The notes: generated by a model not told the origin, from the letters alone. Shown: positions 1-7,361, counted from the stretch's first letter. The stretch: DNA of 40,459 nucleotides from a candidate division WOR-3 bacterium (GCA_039802265.1 JBDRWI010000014.1:1-40459), one strand, 5' to 3'. Numbers and translations are program-made.

Positions 1-2
1 AT

Positions 3-767
3 GGTTTTTATTCAAAATGGATGTTATATCAGGGAATAATTGAGTTGAATAAAGAAACGAATTTATGGATTATATTTTTGGTTGCTGCAATGTTTGGAAG
101 CGTTTTGACTTTAGCATCATTTTTGAAAATGACACACTCTCTATTTTTAGGTGAAAGACCAAAGGAACTTGATAAGGTGCGTGAAGTGAGATTTGGAATG
201 ATAACGCCTACACTGATACTTGCTTTTCTTTGTATTATATTCGGTATTTTTGCCGAAAAAATTCCCCTCGCACGATTGATATATCCATCCTTACCATTCT
301 TTAAAATTGAACCGATTGGTTTCTGGTCTGCAGGATTAACGACAATTTTAATGATTTTAGGTCTTGTAATCGGATTGATTATATTTATTTTTGGAACCGG
401 ACTCAAGCCCAGGAAGGGAAAGGTATTTGTTGGCGGAGAGGTCCTTGATACTGAAGAGGCAAGGATTACCGGTCCGAATTTTTATTCATCTGTCCACCAA
501 ATTGATATGTTAGAAAAGACATACAAATTTGGTGAAGAGGGGGCGTTTGATTTTTATAATTATCTCCGCGGGGTATTGGGTGGATTTTCAGTTCTTTTCA
601 GAGAAGTGATTAATCAATTCTTTGTCATAATCTATCAGTCTTTGTCAAGAATTGTAGTTGCGCTTGGAAGTATCTTTTCTGCTATTCACACTGGTGAGTT
701 GCAGGGATATATAGGTTTGATATTTTTAGGGCTATTGATAATATTGCTACTGTTAGGAGTGAGATAA
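3..767 (+). CDS. Proton-conducting membrane subunit (MnhD/NuoL/HyfB family) with MbhI-like C-terminus; 5'-truncated by the window edge
   Basis: Frame is open from position 3 (GFYSKWMLYQ, matching the NGFxSKW motif); hydrophobic helices; C-terminal HTGELQGY. Confidence 0.8.
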   Translation, partial: GFYSKWMLYQGIIELNKETNLWIIFLVAAMFGSVLTLASFLKMTHSLFLGERPKELDKVREVRFGMITPTLILAFLCIIFGIFAEKIPLARLIYPSLPFFKIEPIGFWSAGLTTILMILGLVIGLIIFIFGTGLKPRKGKVFVGGEVLDTEEARITGPNFYSSVHQIDMLEKTYKFGEEGAFDFYNYLRGVLGGFSVLFREVINQFFVIIYQSLSRIVVALGSIFSAIHTGELQGYIGLIFLGLLIILLLLGVR

Positions 768-1303
768 TGATTGAGATATATCTATTTTTAGTCTTTATGA
801 TTATCGCTGCAATCATTGCGATTGAAATAAAGGATTTGCTTGCAGCAGCTATTGCTGTTGGCGCAGTTGGCTTTTCAGTGGCAATTCTTTTTATTTTGCT
901 CCAGGCACCAGACCTTGCTATTGTTCAGATTGTTGTAGAGATTCTTACATTGATAATATTTGTCGCTGTAATTTTCAGGACAACGGATATTGACGCGACC
1001 GTGGATAAAAAACTCACACCAGCACAGATTGTAGGTTTGGTTTTTTATGGGTTTTTTGTGATACTATTTATTGTTGTAATGGAGCGTATATTCAACACTC
1101 TGCCACCTTTCGGCTCACCAATTATGAAAGTGGCGAGCGAATATATAAAACTGGGTTTGCCCAAAGTCGGTGGTGCAAACATTGTGGCAGATATAATCCT
1201 TGATTTCCGCGGACTTGATACACTCGGTGAGGCAACGGTACTATTCACATCAGTGATTGGAGTACTGGCGGTGATGAGGAAATATGGGAAAAAGGCAACT
1301 TAA
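767..1303 (+). CDS. Mrp/Mbh subunit, DUF4040 plus MnhB N-terminal part (MbhD/E-like)
   Basis: LQAPDLAIVQIVVE and NIVADIILDFRGLDTLGEATVL motifs. Confidence 0.85.
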   Translation: MIEIYLFLVFMIIAAIIAIEIKDLLAAAIAVGAVGFSVAILFILLQAPDLAIVQIVVEILTLIIFVAVIFRTTDIDATVDKKLTPAQIVGLVFYGFFVILFIVVMERIFNTLPPFGSPIMKVASEYIKLGLPKVGGANIVADIILDFRGLDTLGEATVLFTSVIGVLAVMRKYGKKAT

Positions 1304-1367
1304 GGCAATTGGGGGCAATACGAGGCTTGTTAGAAAAAGGCAACTTAAGGCAATTGGGGGCAATTAG
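1284..1367 (+). CDS. Putative 27-aa bridging mini-ORF over the left arm of element 1
   Basis: GAGGA then ATG at 1284; open to TAG 1365-1367, which overlaps GTG 1367. Confidence 0.35.
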   Translation: MGKRQLKAIGGNTRLVRKRQLKAIGGN

Positions 1368-1372
1368 TGGCA
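1288..1372. repeat. Element 1 left arm: 10-nt-periodic GGCAA units containing a perfect 32-bp direct repeat
   Basis: GGC at 1294/1304/1314/1324 and 1339/1349/1359/1369; 1288-1319 is identical to 1333-1364. Confidence 0.9.
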
Positions 1373-1798
1373 GGAGGAAAAGAAGGCATAATGAGACAAA
1401 ATAAGATAAGAGAAGGCAAAAGAGGACATAAGAATATGATAGTATGGCAGAGTATTGATCAACTTGATATGATTGTTCAAAAAATTCTAAAAAAGATACC
1501 CAAGTATGAATTTAAATTGCGTTCACAGATTGATGACGCCTCAGATTCTGTAGGAGCAAATTTTGTAGAAGGTTATTACAGTGGATTTCTTACTGAATAT
1601 ATCAGGTTTTTGACATATAGTCGTAGGTCATTGGGCGAGCTTCAAGAGAGAATAAGAAGGGTTTTACGCAAAGGTTATATTACAAAAATTGAATTCGATG
1701 ATTTTGATGAAAGGTCTGGAAAGACAATGTTTCTTTTGAATCGCTTGATATACTCACTGAAGAACAAACAGAATTGCAAAAGGAGCAAAAGTGACTAA
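1367..1798 (+). CDS. Four-helix-bundle protein 1 (23S rRNA IVP-like; PF05635/TIGR02436 type)
   Basis: IVWQ...LRSQIDDASDSVGANFVEGY...YIRFLTYSRRSLGEL; alternative start at ATG 1391. Confidence 0.9.
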   Translation: MAGGKEGIMRQNKIREGKRGHKNMIVWQSIDQLDMIVQKILKKIPKYEFKLRSQIDDASDSVGANFVEGYYSGFLTEYIRFLTYSRRSLGELQERIRRVLRKGYITKIEFDDFDERSGKTMFLLNRLIYSLKNKQNCKRSKSD

Positions 1799-1967
1799 AT
1801 TATCACTGAGCGCCATTTATTATCTTTGGTTGCCCTGTTTTGTTCTTGGTTGCCATCAATTGCCACTTGTAGCCGTTAATTGCCCTGAATTGCCATTAAA
1901 TGCCCTGAAATGCCTTAAATTGCCATCGATTGCCTTGGTATGCCTTGTATATTGGAGGTATTTATGA
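1791..1967 (+). CDS. Putative 58-aa bridging ORF over the right arm of element 1
   Basis: AGGAG 1781-1785 then GTG 1791 overlapping the upstream stop; stop-free to TGA 1965-1967, overlapping mnhB ATG 1964 (ATGA). Confidence 0.4.
   Translation: MTKLSLSAIYYLWLPCFVLGCHQLPLVAVNCPELPLNALKCLKLPSIALVCLVYWRYL
1811..1950. repeat. Element 1 right arm: about 14 tandem 10-nt TGCCnTnnnT units, reverse complement of the left arm
   Basis: GCC at 1812, 1832 and every 10 nt from 1852 to 1942. Confidence 0.92.
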
Positions 1968-2395
1968 GTTTGATCGTCAGGCGTATCACAAACCTTGTCA
2001 GTGGTTTTATATTTATGTATGGTATCTATATTATTTTGCATGGACATTTAACACCGGGTGGTGGTTTTGCTGGTGGCGTTATTGTTTCGGGTGCATTAAT
2101 TTTGCGGGTCCTTTCTTTTGGAAGTGCTGCGGAAAAAGAAAAAAGATTATCTACGATTGGTTCGGTATTTGAAAGTATCGGTGCCCTGCTCTTCTGGGGT
2201 GCAGCGTTTACGGGATTATTGGTAGCAGGTGTATTCTTTTTGAACGAACCCATTTTTGGACTCGGTAAACCCTTACATCTTTTCAGTGCTGGTTTGATAC
2301 CAATATGTAATATTGCGATCGGTATAAAGGTTTCGGTTGGCCTATTATCTATTTTCCTTGCCCTTGCCGCATTGAAATATATAATGGAGGACTGA
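1964..2395 (+). CDS. mnhB: Na+/H+ antiporter MnhB-like subunit (MbhF)
   Basis: HGHLTPGGGFAGG motif; RBS GGAGG 1954-1958 before ATG 1964. Confidence 0.88.
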   Translation: MSLIVRRITNLVSGFIFMYGIYIILHGHLTPGGGFAGGVIVSGALILRVLSFGSAAEKEKRLSTIGSVFESIGALLFWGAAFTGLLVAGVFFLNEPIFGLGKPLHLFSAGLIPICNIAIGIKVSVGLLSIFLALAALKYIMED

Positions 2396-2396
2396 T

Positions 2397-2891
2397 ATGA
2401 GTGAAAAGCCGATAAACGTTAACCGTGAACCGTTTACCGATTATGAAAATTTTGTTTTTGATTTTGAAAAACTTGATGTCTATCAACTTGCGCTTGATTT
2501 TGTTGACGAAGTTTTTGAAATTACTTCTAAAATACCGTGGCAATTGCAAAGTTCGCTCGGTGACAATTTCAGACGTGCCGCACTTTCTATTGTGAGCAAT
2601 ATTGCTGAAGGCAGTGGTAAGATTTCTAATAGAGAGAAAAAGCATTACTACAAGATAGCACTAACATCCGACCGTGAATGTATCCCAATGATAACGCTTT
2701 TGAAAAGGCGTAAGCTCATAAGTCAGAATATTTATGAAAATCTCCGCGAAATTTGCATTCGTATTTCTTCTATGTTGATTAAACTTGAGCAATCGGTTAA
2801 CGGTAAACGGTCAACGGTAAAAGGTACGCATAATTATGATGTCGGTCAACGGTCAACGGTAAACGGTAGACGATATAATAAGGAGGACTAA
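2397..2891 (+). CDS. Four-helix-bundle protein 2 (23S rRNA IVP-like), with both repeat arms inside the ORF ends
   Basis: FDFEKLDVYQLA...FRRAALSIVSNIAEGSG...IALTSDREC. Confidence 0.92.
   Translation: MSEKPINVNREPFTDYENFVFDFEKLDVYQLALDFVDEVFEITSKIPWQLQSSLGDNFRRAALSIVSNIAEGSGKISNREKKHYYKIALTSDRECIPMITLLKRRKLISQNIYENLREICIRISSMLIKLEQSVNGKRSTVKGTHNYDVGQRSTVNGRRYNKED
2407..2441. repeat. Element 2 left arm: five 7-nt units, consensus AACCGTT
   Basis: agccgat aaacgtt aaccgtg aaccgtt taccgat. Confidence 0.85.
2792..2875. repeat. Element 2 right arm: two blocks of five 7-nt units, consensus AACGGTM
   Basis: 2792-2826 atcggtt aacggta aacggtc aacggta aaaggta; 2841-2875 gtcggtc aacggtc aacggta aacggta gacgata. 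Confidence 0.9.
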
Positions 2892-3229
2892 TGGTTGTTT
2901 TCGCAAGTTGTATGATTTTATTTCTAATTGGTTTGTATGCAGTTGTTGCAAAGCGCAATTTAATAAAGATTGCGATTGGATTTGCAATAATGGAGTATGC
3001 CGTAAATTTGCTCTTTGCATTAATTGGTTTTAAAAAGGGCGCGATTGCACCAATCATAACGAAACTTGATATGCCTCATAATTTTGTTGACCCGGTCCCC
3101 CAAGCACTTGTTCTTACCGCAATTGTGATTGGTCTTGGAACAACTGCATTGCTCCTATCCTTCATTGTGCGCATATACGAAAAGTTCAAGACATTTGATG
3201 TGAGTGAGATAAAGAAGTTAAAGGGCTAA
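2891..3229 (+). CDS. mnhC: Na+/H+ antiporter MnhC-like subunit (MbhG)
   Basis: VDPVPQALVLTAIVIG motif. Confidence 0.92.
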   Translation: MVVFASCMILFLIGLYAVVAKRNLIKIAIGFAIMEYAVNLLFALIGFKKGAIAPIITKLDMPHNFVDPVPQALVLTAIVIGLGTTALLLSFIVRIYEKFKTFDVSEIKKLKG

Positions 3230-3234
3230 CAAGA

Positions 3235-3345
3235 ATGGGTGAAGAAGGGAAAATAAGGTTGAAAAGGGGTAAAAAAGGGATAGTTGAAAAAGGTATGGGT
3301 GAAGAAGGAAGAAAAGAGGTGAATGGGGGAAAAGGAGTGAAAGGC
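3235..3345. repeat. Element 3 left arm: roughly 10-nt-periodic purine units (GGGTGAAGAA-like)
   Basis: gaagaaggga aaataaggtt gaaaaggggt aaaaaaggga; ATGGGTGAAGAAGG at both 3235 and 3295. Confidence 0.8.
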
Positions 3346-3723
3346 TTAATGGGCAAGGGATATACCAAGTTAATTGTATGGAAAAATGCTTGTGAATTGA
3401 GGAAATTAGTATATGAAATTACCAAAAAGTTCCCGACGAAAGAAATAAGGCGTGTAACGCAGATGCGTGATAGCGCAAGGTCTATAAAGCAGAATATTCA
3501 GGAAGGATACAAGAGAAGTTCAATCGGTGATTACATTCATCATCTTTCAATTGCCCAAGGTTCTCTTGGTGAACTTTCTGGCGATGTTGATGATTGTCTT
3601 GAGGATAATCTCATTAATAATAGAGAATATGCAGTTCTCAATAATTTAATTGTGCGGACAGATTATCTCCTGATGAGATTAATTCAATCACTCACCAAAA
3701 AGAAATTGGAGGTAACGGCATGA
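3235..3723 (+). CDS. Four-helix-bundle protein 3 (23S rRNA IVP-like); core may start at ATG 3349
   Basis: GYTKLIVWKNA...FP.KE...QMRDSARSIKQNIQEGY...IAQGSLGEL; AGGAG RBS before 3349. Confidence 0.9.
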   Translation: MGEEGKIRLKRGKKGIVEKGMGEEGRKEVNGGKGVKGLMGKGYTKLIVWKNACELRKLVYEITKKFPTKEIRRVTQMRDSARSIKQNIQEGYKRSSIGDYIHHLSIAQGSLGELSGDVDDCLEDNLINNREYAVLNNLIVRTDYLLMRLIQSLTKKKLEVTA

Positions 3724-3806
3724 TTAAAATATTATATCAAGCCGCGTTTTCCCCTCTTTACCCGTTTTTTCCCCTCTTCTCCCTTTTAATAAGGAGGAGA
3801 GCATGA
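3720..3806 (+). CDS. Putative 28-aa bridging mini-ORF over the right arm of element 3
   Basis: GGAGG 3708-3712 then ATG 3720; ATGA overlaps at both ends (four-helix-bundle stop and mnhD start). Confidence 0.4.
   Translation: MIKILYQAAFSPLYPFFPLFSLLIRRRA
3748..3788. repeat. Element 3 right arm: 10-nt-periodic CCC/pyrimidine units
   Basis: cccctcttta cccgtttttt cccctcttct cccttttaat; complementary to the left arm. Confidence 0.8.
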
Positions 3807-5293
3807 CCTTTCTACCACTTTTAATTGCTATACCTTTGTTATCTGCCTTCCTCATACCTCTTCTCTCTAAATTATGGAAACCATTTGCACCAATTATTGG
3901 CAATATTACTACTTTTTTATTATTTGTTCTTTCGTTATATGGAATTGCAGTAATCCAGGGATTTCCGATGCTCGTTTATAAATTTGGTAACTGGCCACCG
4001 CCGATCGGTATCGTATTTAGTTTTGATGCCCTATCGGCATTTATGGTATTGGTGATTTCAATTGTAGTATTTTCTGGGGCAATATTTGCTGTCCGTTATT
4101 TAAATCATTATACAGGTCAATGGAAATTCTGGACATTATATATGTTGATTACTACAGGTTTAATGGGTATTTCTGTAACCGGTGATTTATTCAATATGTT
4201 TGTCTGGATAGAAATCTCTGCAATCGCTTCTTATGCCCTTGTGAGTTTCGGTATAGAAGCAGAAGAACTTGAGGCTTCTTTTAAATATATGGTGATGGGC
4301 GAAATCGCCGGTATGACACTTCTTTTGACGATAGCATTGATTTATGCCAAGACTTCTACATTGAACCTTGCGGATATTGCCCTTTCTTTGCAATCAATAA
4401 AGGATTCGGCGTTCTACTGGTCCGTCCTTGCGCTTTTACTCTTTGCCTTTTCAGTAAAGGCAGCACTTGTGCCATTCCATTTCTGGCTCCCCGATGCCCA
4501 TCCGGCAGCACCTGCCCCCATTTCAAGCCTTCTATCCGGTGTATTTATCAAAGTCCTTGGAGTTTATACAAGTGCCCGGTTTATTTTTAATATATTCGGT
4601 CTCAATCGTGAAAATGCGCCTTTCTTCTTTAATATTCTTATTGGCTTGGGGCTTTTATCAATAATCTTCGCAGGAGTTACTGCACTAAACCAGAATGATT
4701 ATAAACGCCTGTTGGGATATTCTACGGTTTCCCAGGTTGGTTATATAATGCTTGGTTTAGGGGTTGGTAATTTTTATGGTGTTGCGGGTGCAATACTATA
4801 TATCCTTGCCCATGCACTTGCCAAAGGCTTACTATTTTTAACATCAGGTTCTGTAGTATATGCAACCGGCACGAGGGATATTAATAAACTGGGTGGTCTT
4901 GGTGAGAGAATGCCGACAACTGCCTGGAGTTTTAGATTTGGTGCTTTGTCTTTGATAGGACTTCCACCACTTGTGGGGTTCTTCGCAAAATTTTTAATCG
5001 CCATTGGTGCGATAAAACAAGGGTTCTTGTGGCTTGCAATCGTGGCAATTGGATTCAGCGGTGTTACCCTTGGTTATTTGCTAAAGATTGAAAACAATGT
5101 ATATTTGAAGAAAAATGGGGTAGAGGCTAAAGAATCTCCATTCCTTATGCGTGTGGCAATGGTATTTTTGGTCATTTTAATTATTCTCTTGGGAATTGGG
5201 TATAAACCAATGATGGATTTTGTGATACAACCGGCGGCTGAGGCTCTACTCAGAGGAACTGAATACATCAATCTGATATTGGGAGGATTATGA
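3803..5293 (+). CDS. mnhD: Na+/H+ antiporter MnhD-like subunit (MbhH)
   Basis: GDLFNMFVWIE, PFHFWLPDAHPAAP and KRLLGYSTVSQVGY motifs. Confidence 0.92.
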   Translation: MTFLPLLIAIPLLSAFLIPLLSKLWKPFAPIIGNITTFLLFVLSLYGIAVIQGFPMLVYKFGNWPPPIGIVFSFDALSAFMVLVISIVVFSGAIFAVRYLNHYTGQWKFWTLYMLITTGLMGISVTGDLFNMFVWIEISAIASYALVSFGIEAEELEASFKYMVMGEIAGMTLLLTIALIYAKTSTLNLADIALSLQSIKDSAFYWSVLALLLFAFSVKAALVPFHFWLPDAHPAAPAPISSLLSGVFIKVLGVYTSARFIFNIFGLNRENAPFFFNILIGLGLLSIIFAGVTALNQNDYKRLLGYSTVSQVGYIMLGLGVGNFYGVAGAILYILAHALAKGLLFLTSGSVVYATGTRDINKLGGLGERMPTTAWSFRFGALSLIGLPPLVGFFAKFLIAIGAIKQGFLWLAIVAIGFSGVTLGYLLKIENNVYLKKNGVEAKESPFLMRVAMVFLVILIILLGIGYKPMMDFVIQPAAEALLRGTEYINLILGGL

Positions 5294-5355
5294 GCGATAA
5301 GGGTGAAGAAGGGTTAAGAAGGGTCAATAAGGGTGAAAGGGGGGATGGGCAATGA
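5290..5355 (+). repeat. Solo element-3-type arm (10-nt GGGT units) read through by a 21-codon bridging ORF
   Basis: GGGT at 5301/5311/5321/5331 and GGGG at 5341; ATG 5290 to TGA 5355 with ATGA overlap at both ends. Confidence 0.8.
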
Positions 5356-5837
5356 AATATGTAATTTATTTCATCATTGGTTTTTGCTTGTGGTTGCTTT
5401 TAACTCTGACAACAAATTTAGATCATATACTTGTTGGTGTGATTGTAGTTCTCTTGGGGACAATATTATTTGGTGGTTATTTTACGGATAAACCACAAAA
5501 ATTGCTCCAGCCGCATAGATTATTCTGGTTGATAATTTATGTTCCTGTATTTATATGGTATATGATCAAAGCAAACCTTGATGTAGCATACCGAACTCTC
5601 CATCCCCAGAGACCATTGAAACCAGGTATTGTTAAGATTAAGACGAATCTGAAATCCGATACCGGAAAAGTATTTTTGGCGAACTCAATTACCCTTACCC
5701 CAGGAACGATGACCGTGGACATAGATGGAGATTATCTCTACATCCACTGGATTTATGTTCAGGCAACCGATATTGAGAATGCATCAAAGATTATTGCCCG
5801 ACCATTTGAGCGGTTTTTGAGGAGGATATTTGATTAG
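5352..5837 (+). CDS. mnhE: Na+/H+ antiporter MnhE-like subunit (MbhA)
   Basis: LANSITLTPGT and LYIHW motifs. Confidence 0.92.
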   Translation: MKYVIYFIIGFCLWLLLTLTTNLDHILVGVIVVLLGTILFGGYFTDKPQKLLQPHRLFWLIIYVPVFIWYMIKANLDVAYRTLHPQRPLKPGIVKIKTNLKSDTGKVFLANSITLTPGTMTVDIDGDYLYIHWIYVQATDIENASKIIARPFERFLRRIFD

Positions 5838-6081
5838 CACCCGAAACCCGAAAAGATGTTCAAGCGTTTTACGGTTGCGAAATGCGCTAAGGTTTAGAAA
5901 AGCGGTTTCGTGTTACGACCAACTACAGACGAATCGCTTTTCGCAACCAACAAACAACGACATTTCATTTGGATTATTGAAATTCGTGATTTGTTTGGGA
6001 TTTGGTGCTTGGGATTTGGGATTTATAGAGAAAAGTGCATTTGCTCGATTTATCTGGCATTCAATGAGGAGTGTATTATGA
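5830..6081 (+). repeat. Gene-less insert with 7-nt arms and an internal inverted repeat, spanned by an 83-codon bridging ORF
   Basis: cccgaaa x2 at 5840-5853; tttggga tttggtg cttggga tttggga at 5994-6021; inverted repeat 5873-5886 / 5935-5948. Confidence 0.7.
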
Positions 6082-6332
6082 TTCTGATGTTTATAGTTCT
6101 TACCTTCAGTGCGTTCTTATGTTTATATAGAATTCAGCAGGGTCCGACAATTCCGGACCGTGCCGTGGGTGTGGATATTATGGGAACGATATTTGTAAAT
6201 ATTACTGCTCTCACCGCAATATTCTATAATCTGCCTTATCTTATGGATCTGGCAATCATCATCGCCTTGTTCAGTTTTATTGGCACCCTTGCCCTTGCAA
6301 AGTATCTGGAAAGAAGGAGTTTAGATGATTAG
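6078..6332 (+). CDS. mnhF: Na+/H+ antiporter MnhF-like subunit (MbhB)
   Basis: GPTIPDRAVGVD...FIGTLALAKYL; RBS GAGGAG 6066-6071. Confidence 0.88.
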   Translation: MILMFIVLTFSAFLCLYRIQQGPTIPDRAVGVDIMGTIFVNITALTAIFYNLPYLMDLAIIIALFSFIGTLALAKYLERRSLDD

Positions 6333-6702
6333 CCCGATTGGCTGGATAATAATCTGGATTGGAATTTTGTTTAATTTGTTAGGAACCGTGGGACTTGTCC
6401 GATTCCCTGATATTTACAATCGTCTCCAGACTTCTACAAAATGTGTTACCCTTGGTTCATTCGGTTTAATGATTGGTATATTCTTGCTTTATGGCTTTTC
6501 CCAGACGGGTATAAAGGCGTTAATCTGTGGTGTATTCTTGCTTTTGACCAATCCTGTGGGTGCCCATGCAATACTGAAAGGGTCGCTCCATTATGGAATA
6601 AAACTCTGGAAAGAGTCTATTGTTGATAAATACGGTGCTGAGAAGCTTGGTGGAGAGCAGATAGAAGAAAAAGGGTTAAGAGGTGAGAATAAGGGTGAAT
6701 AA
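6325..6702 (+). CDS. mnhG: Na+/H+ antiporter MnhG-like subunit (MbhC)
   Basis: RFPDIYNRLQ...K.VTLG and TNPVGAHAI motifs. Confidence 0.9.
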   Translation: MISPIGWIIIWIGILFNLLGTVGLVRFPDIYNRLQTSTKCVTLGSFGLMIGIFLLYGFSQTGIKALICGVFLLLTNPVGAHAILKGSLHYGIKLWKESIVDKYGAEKLGGEQIEEKGLRGENKGE

Positions 6703-6712
6703 GAAAAATAAT

Positions 6713-6735
6713 GTAGGGCAAGGCTTTAGCCTTGC
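6713..6735 (+). repeat. GTAG-class REP-like hairpin
   Basis: GTAG-G-GCAAGGCT-TT-AGCCTTGC. Confidence 0.65.
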
Positions 6736-6755
6736 AAGAATATCCGGGAGGCAAG

Positions 6756-7361
6756 ATGCGTAAGCCAAAATTAAGGGAACTTGGTGAGGCAATAAGGGCG
6801 ATATTTAAAGGTCCTTATACAAGTAAATTTCCGTTTAAACCTTCGCCAGCGGCAAAAAGATTTCGTGGTAAAATAGAATTTAATTTTGACAAGTGCATTT
6901 TATGCGGTGCCTGCGTTGAGGTATGTCCGGCAAATGCCCGTGCCCAGATTGATGATAAAATCAAAAGAGTGCGCCGGGAGATCCATTATCAGGAGCGTTG
7001 TATATATTGTGGTCAGTGTGTAGCATACTGCACAACAAAAGAAGGGATATATCACACCCAGGAATATGACCTGGCGCAGATAACAAAAGAAGGTTATGAC
7101 AATGCGATTGAGAAGGAATTGATTCTTTGTGAGCGCTGCGGTGAGGTGATCACCACCCGGGCGCAGTTATTATGGATTGCACGCCGGGTTGGCGAACTTG
7201 CCTATGCCAATCCCAATCTATTTTTGGTATTATCACAAGAATTCGGTGAGGAGGCGATACCCAAAATGCCTTCTCCACCACCATACCGTAGTGAACATTT
7301 AAGATTTTTGTGTCCATCCTGTAGAAGAACCGTATATCTCCAGGAAGTCTGGGGATATTAA
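6756..7361 (+). CDS. 2x[4Fe-4S] subunit (MbhN/NuoI/EchF-like)
   Basis: CILCGACVEVCP and CIYCGQCVAYC, plus extra CERC and CPSC pairs; RBS GGAGG before ATG 6756. Confidence 0.85.
   Translation: MRKPKLRELGEAIRAIFKGPYTSKFPFKPSPAAKRFRGKIEFNFDKCILCGACVEVCPANARAQIDDKIKRVRREIHYQERCIYCGQCVAYCTTKEGIYHTQEYDLAQITKEGYDNAIEKELILCERCGEVITTRAQLLWIARRVGELAYANPNLFLVLSQEFGEEAIPKMPSPPPYRSEHLRFLCPSCRRTVYLQEVWGY

Noticed and set aside
1288..1950. CRISPR array interpretation of the periodic repeats
   Set aside because: The units are 7-10 nt and degenerate, with no unique spacers and no cas genes; the 32-bp repeat occurs only twice, 13 bp apart.
1367..3723. Diversity-generating retroelement (Avd-like genes)
   Set aside because: No reverse transcriptase and no TR/VR pair with adenine-specific mismatches in the window.
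1367..3723. True 23S rRNA intervening sequences
   Set aside because: No rRNA sequence here; the flanks are protein-coding Mrp/Mbh genes.
5910..6077. N-terminal extension of MnhF in the ORF track
   Set aside because: It is translated repeat sequence; the RBS and family match begin at ATG 6078.
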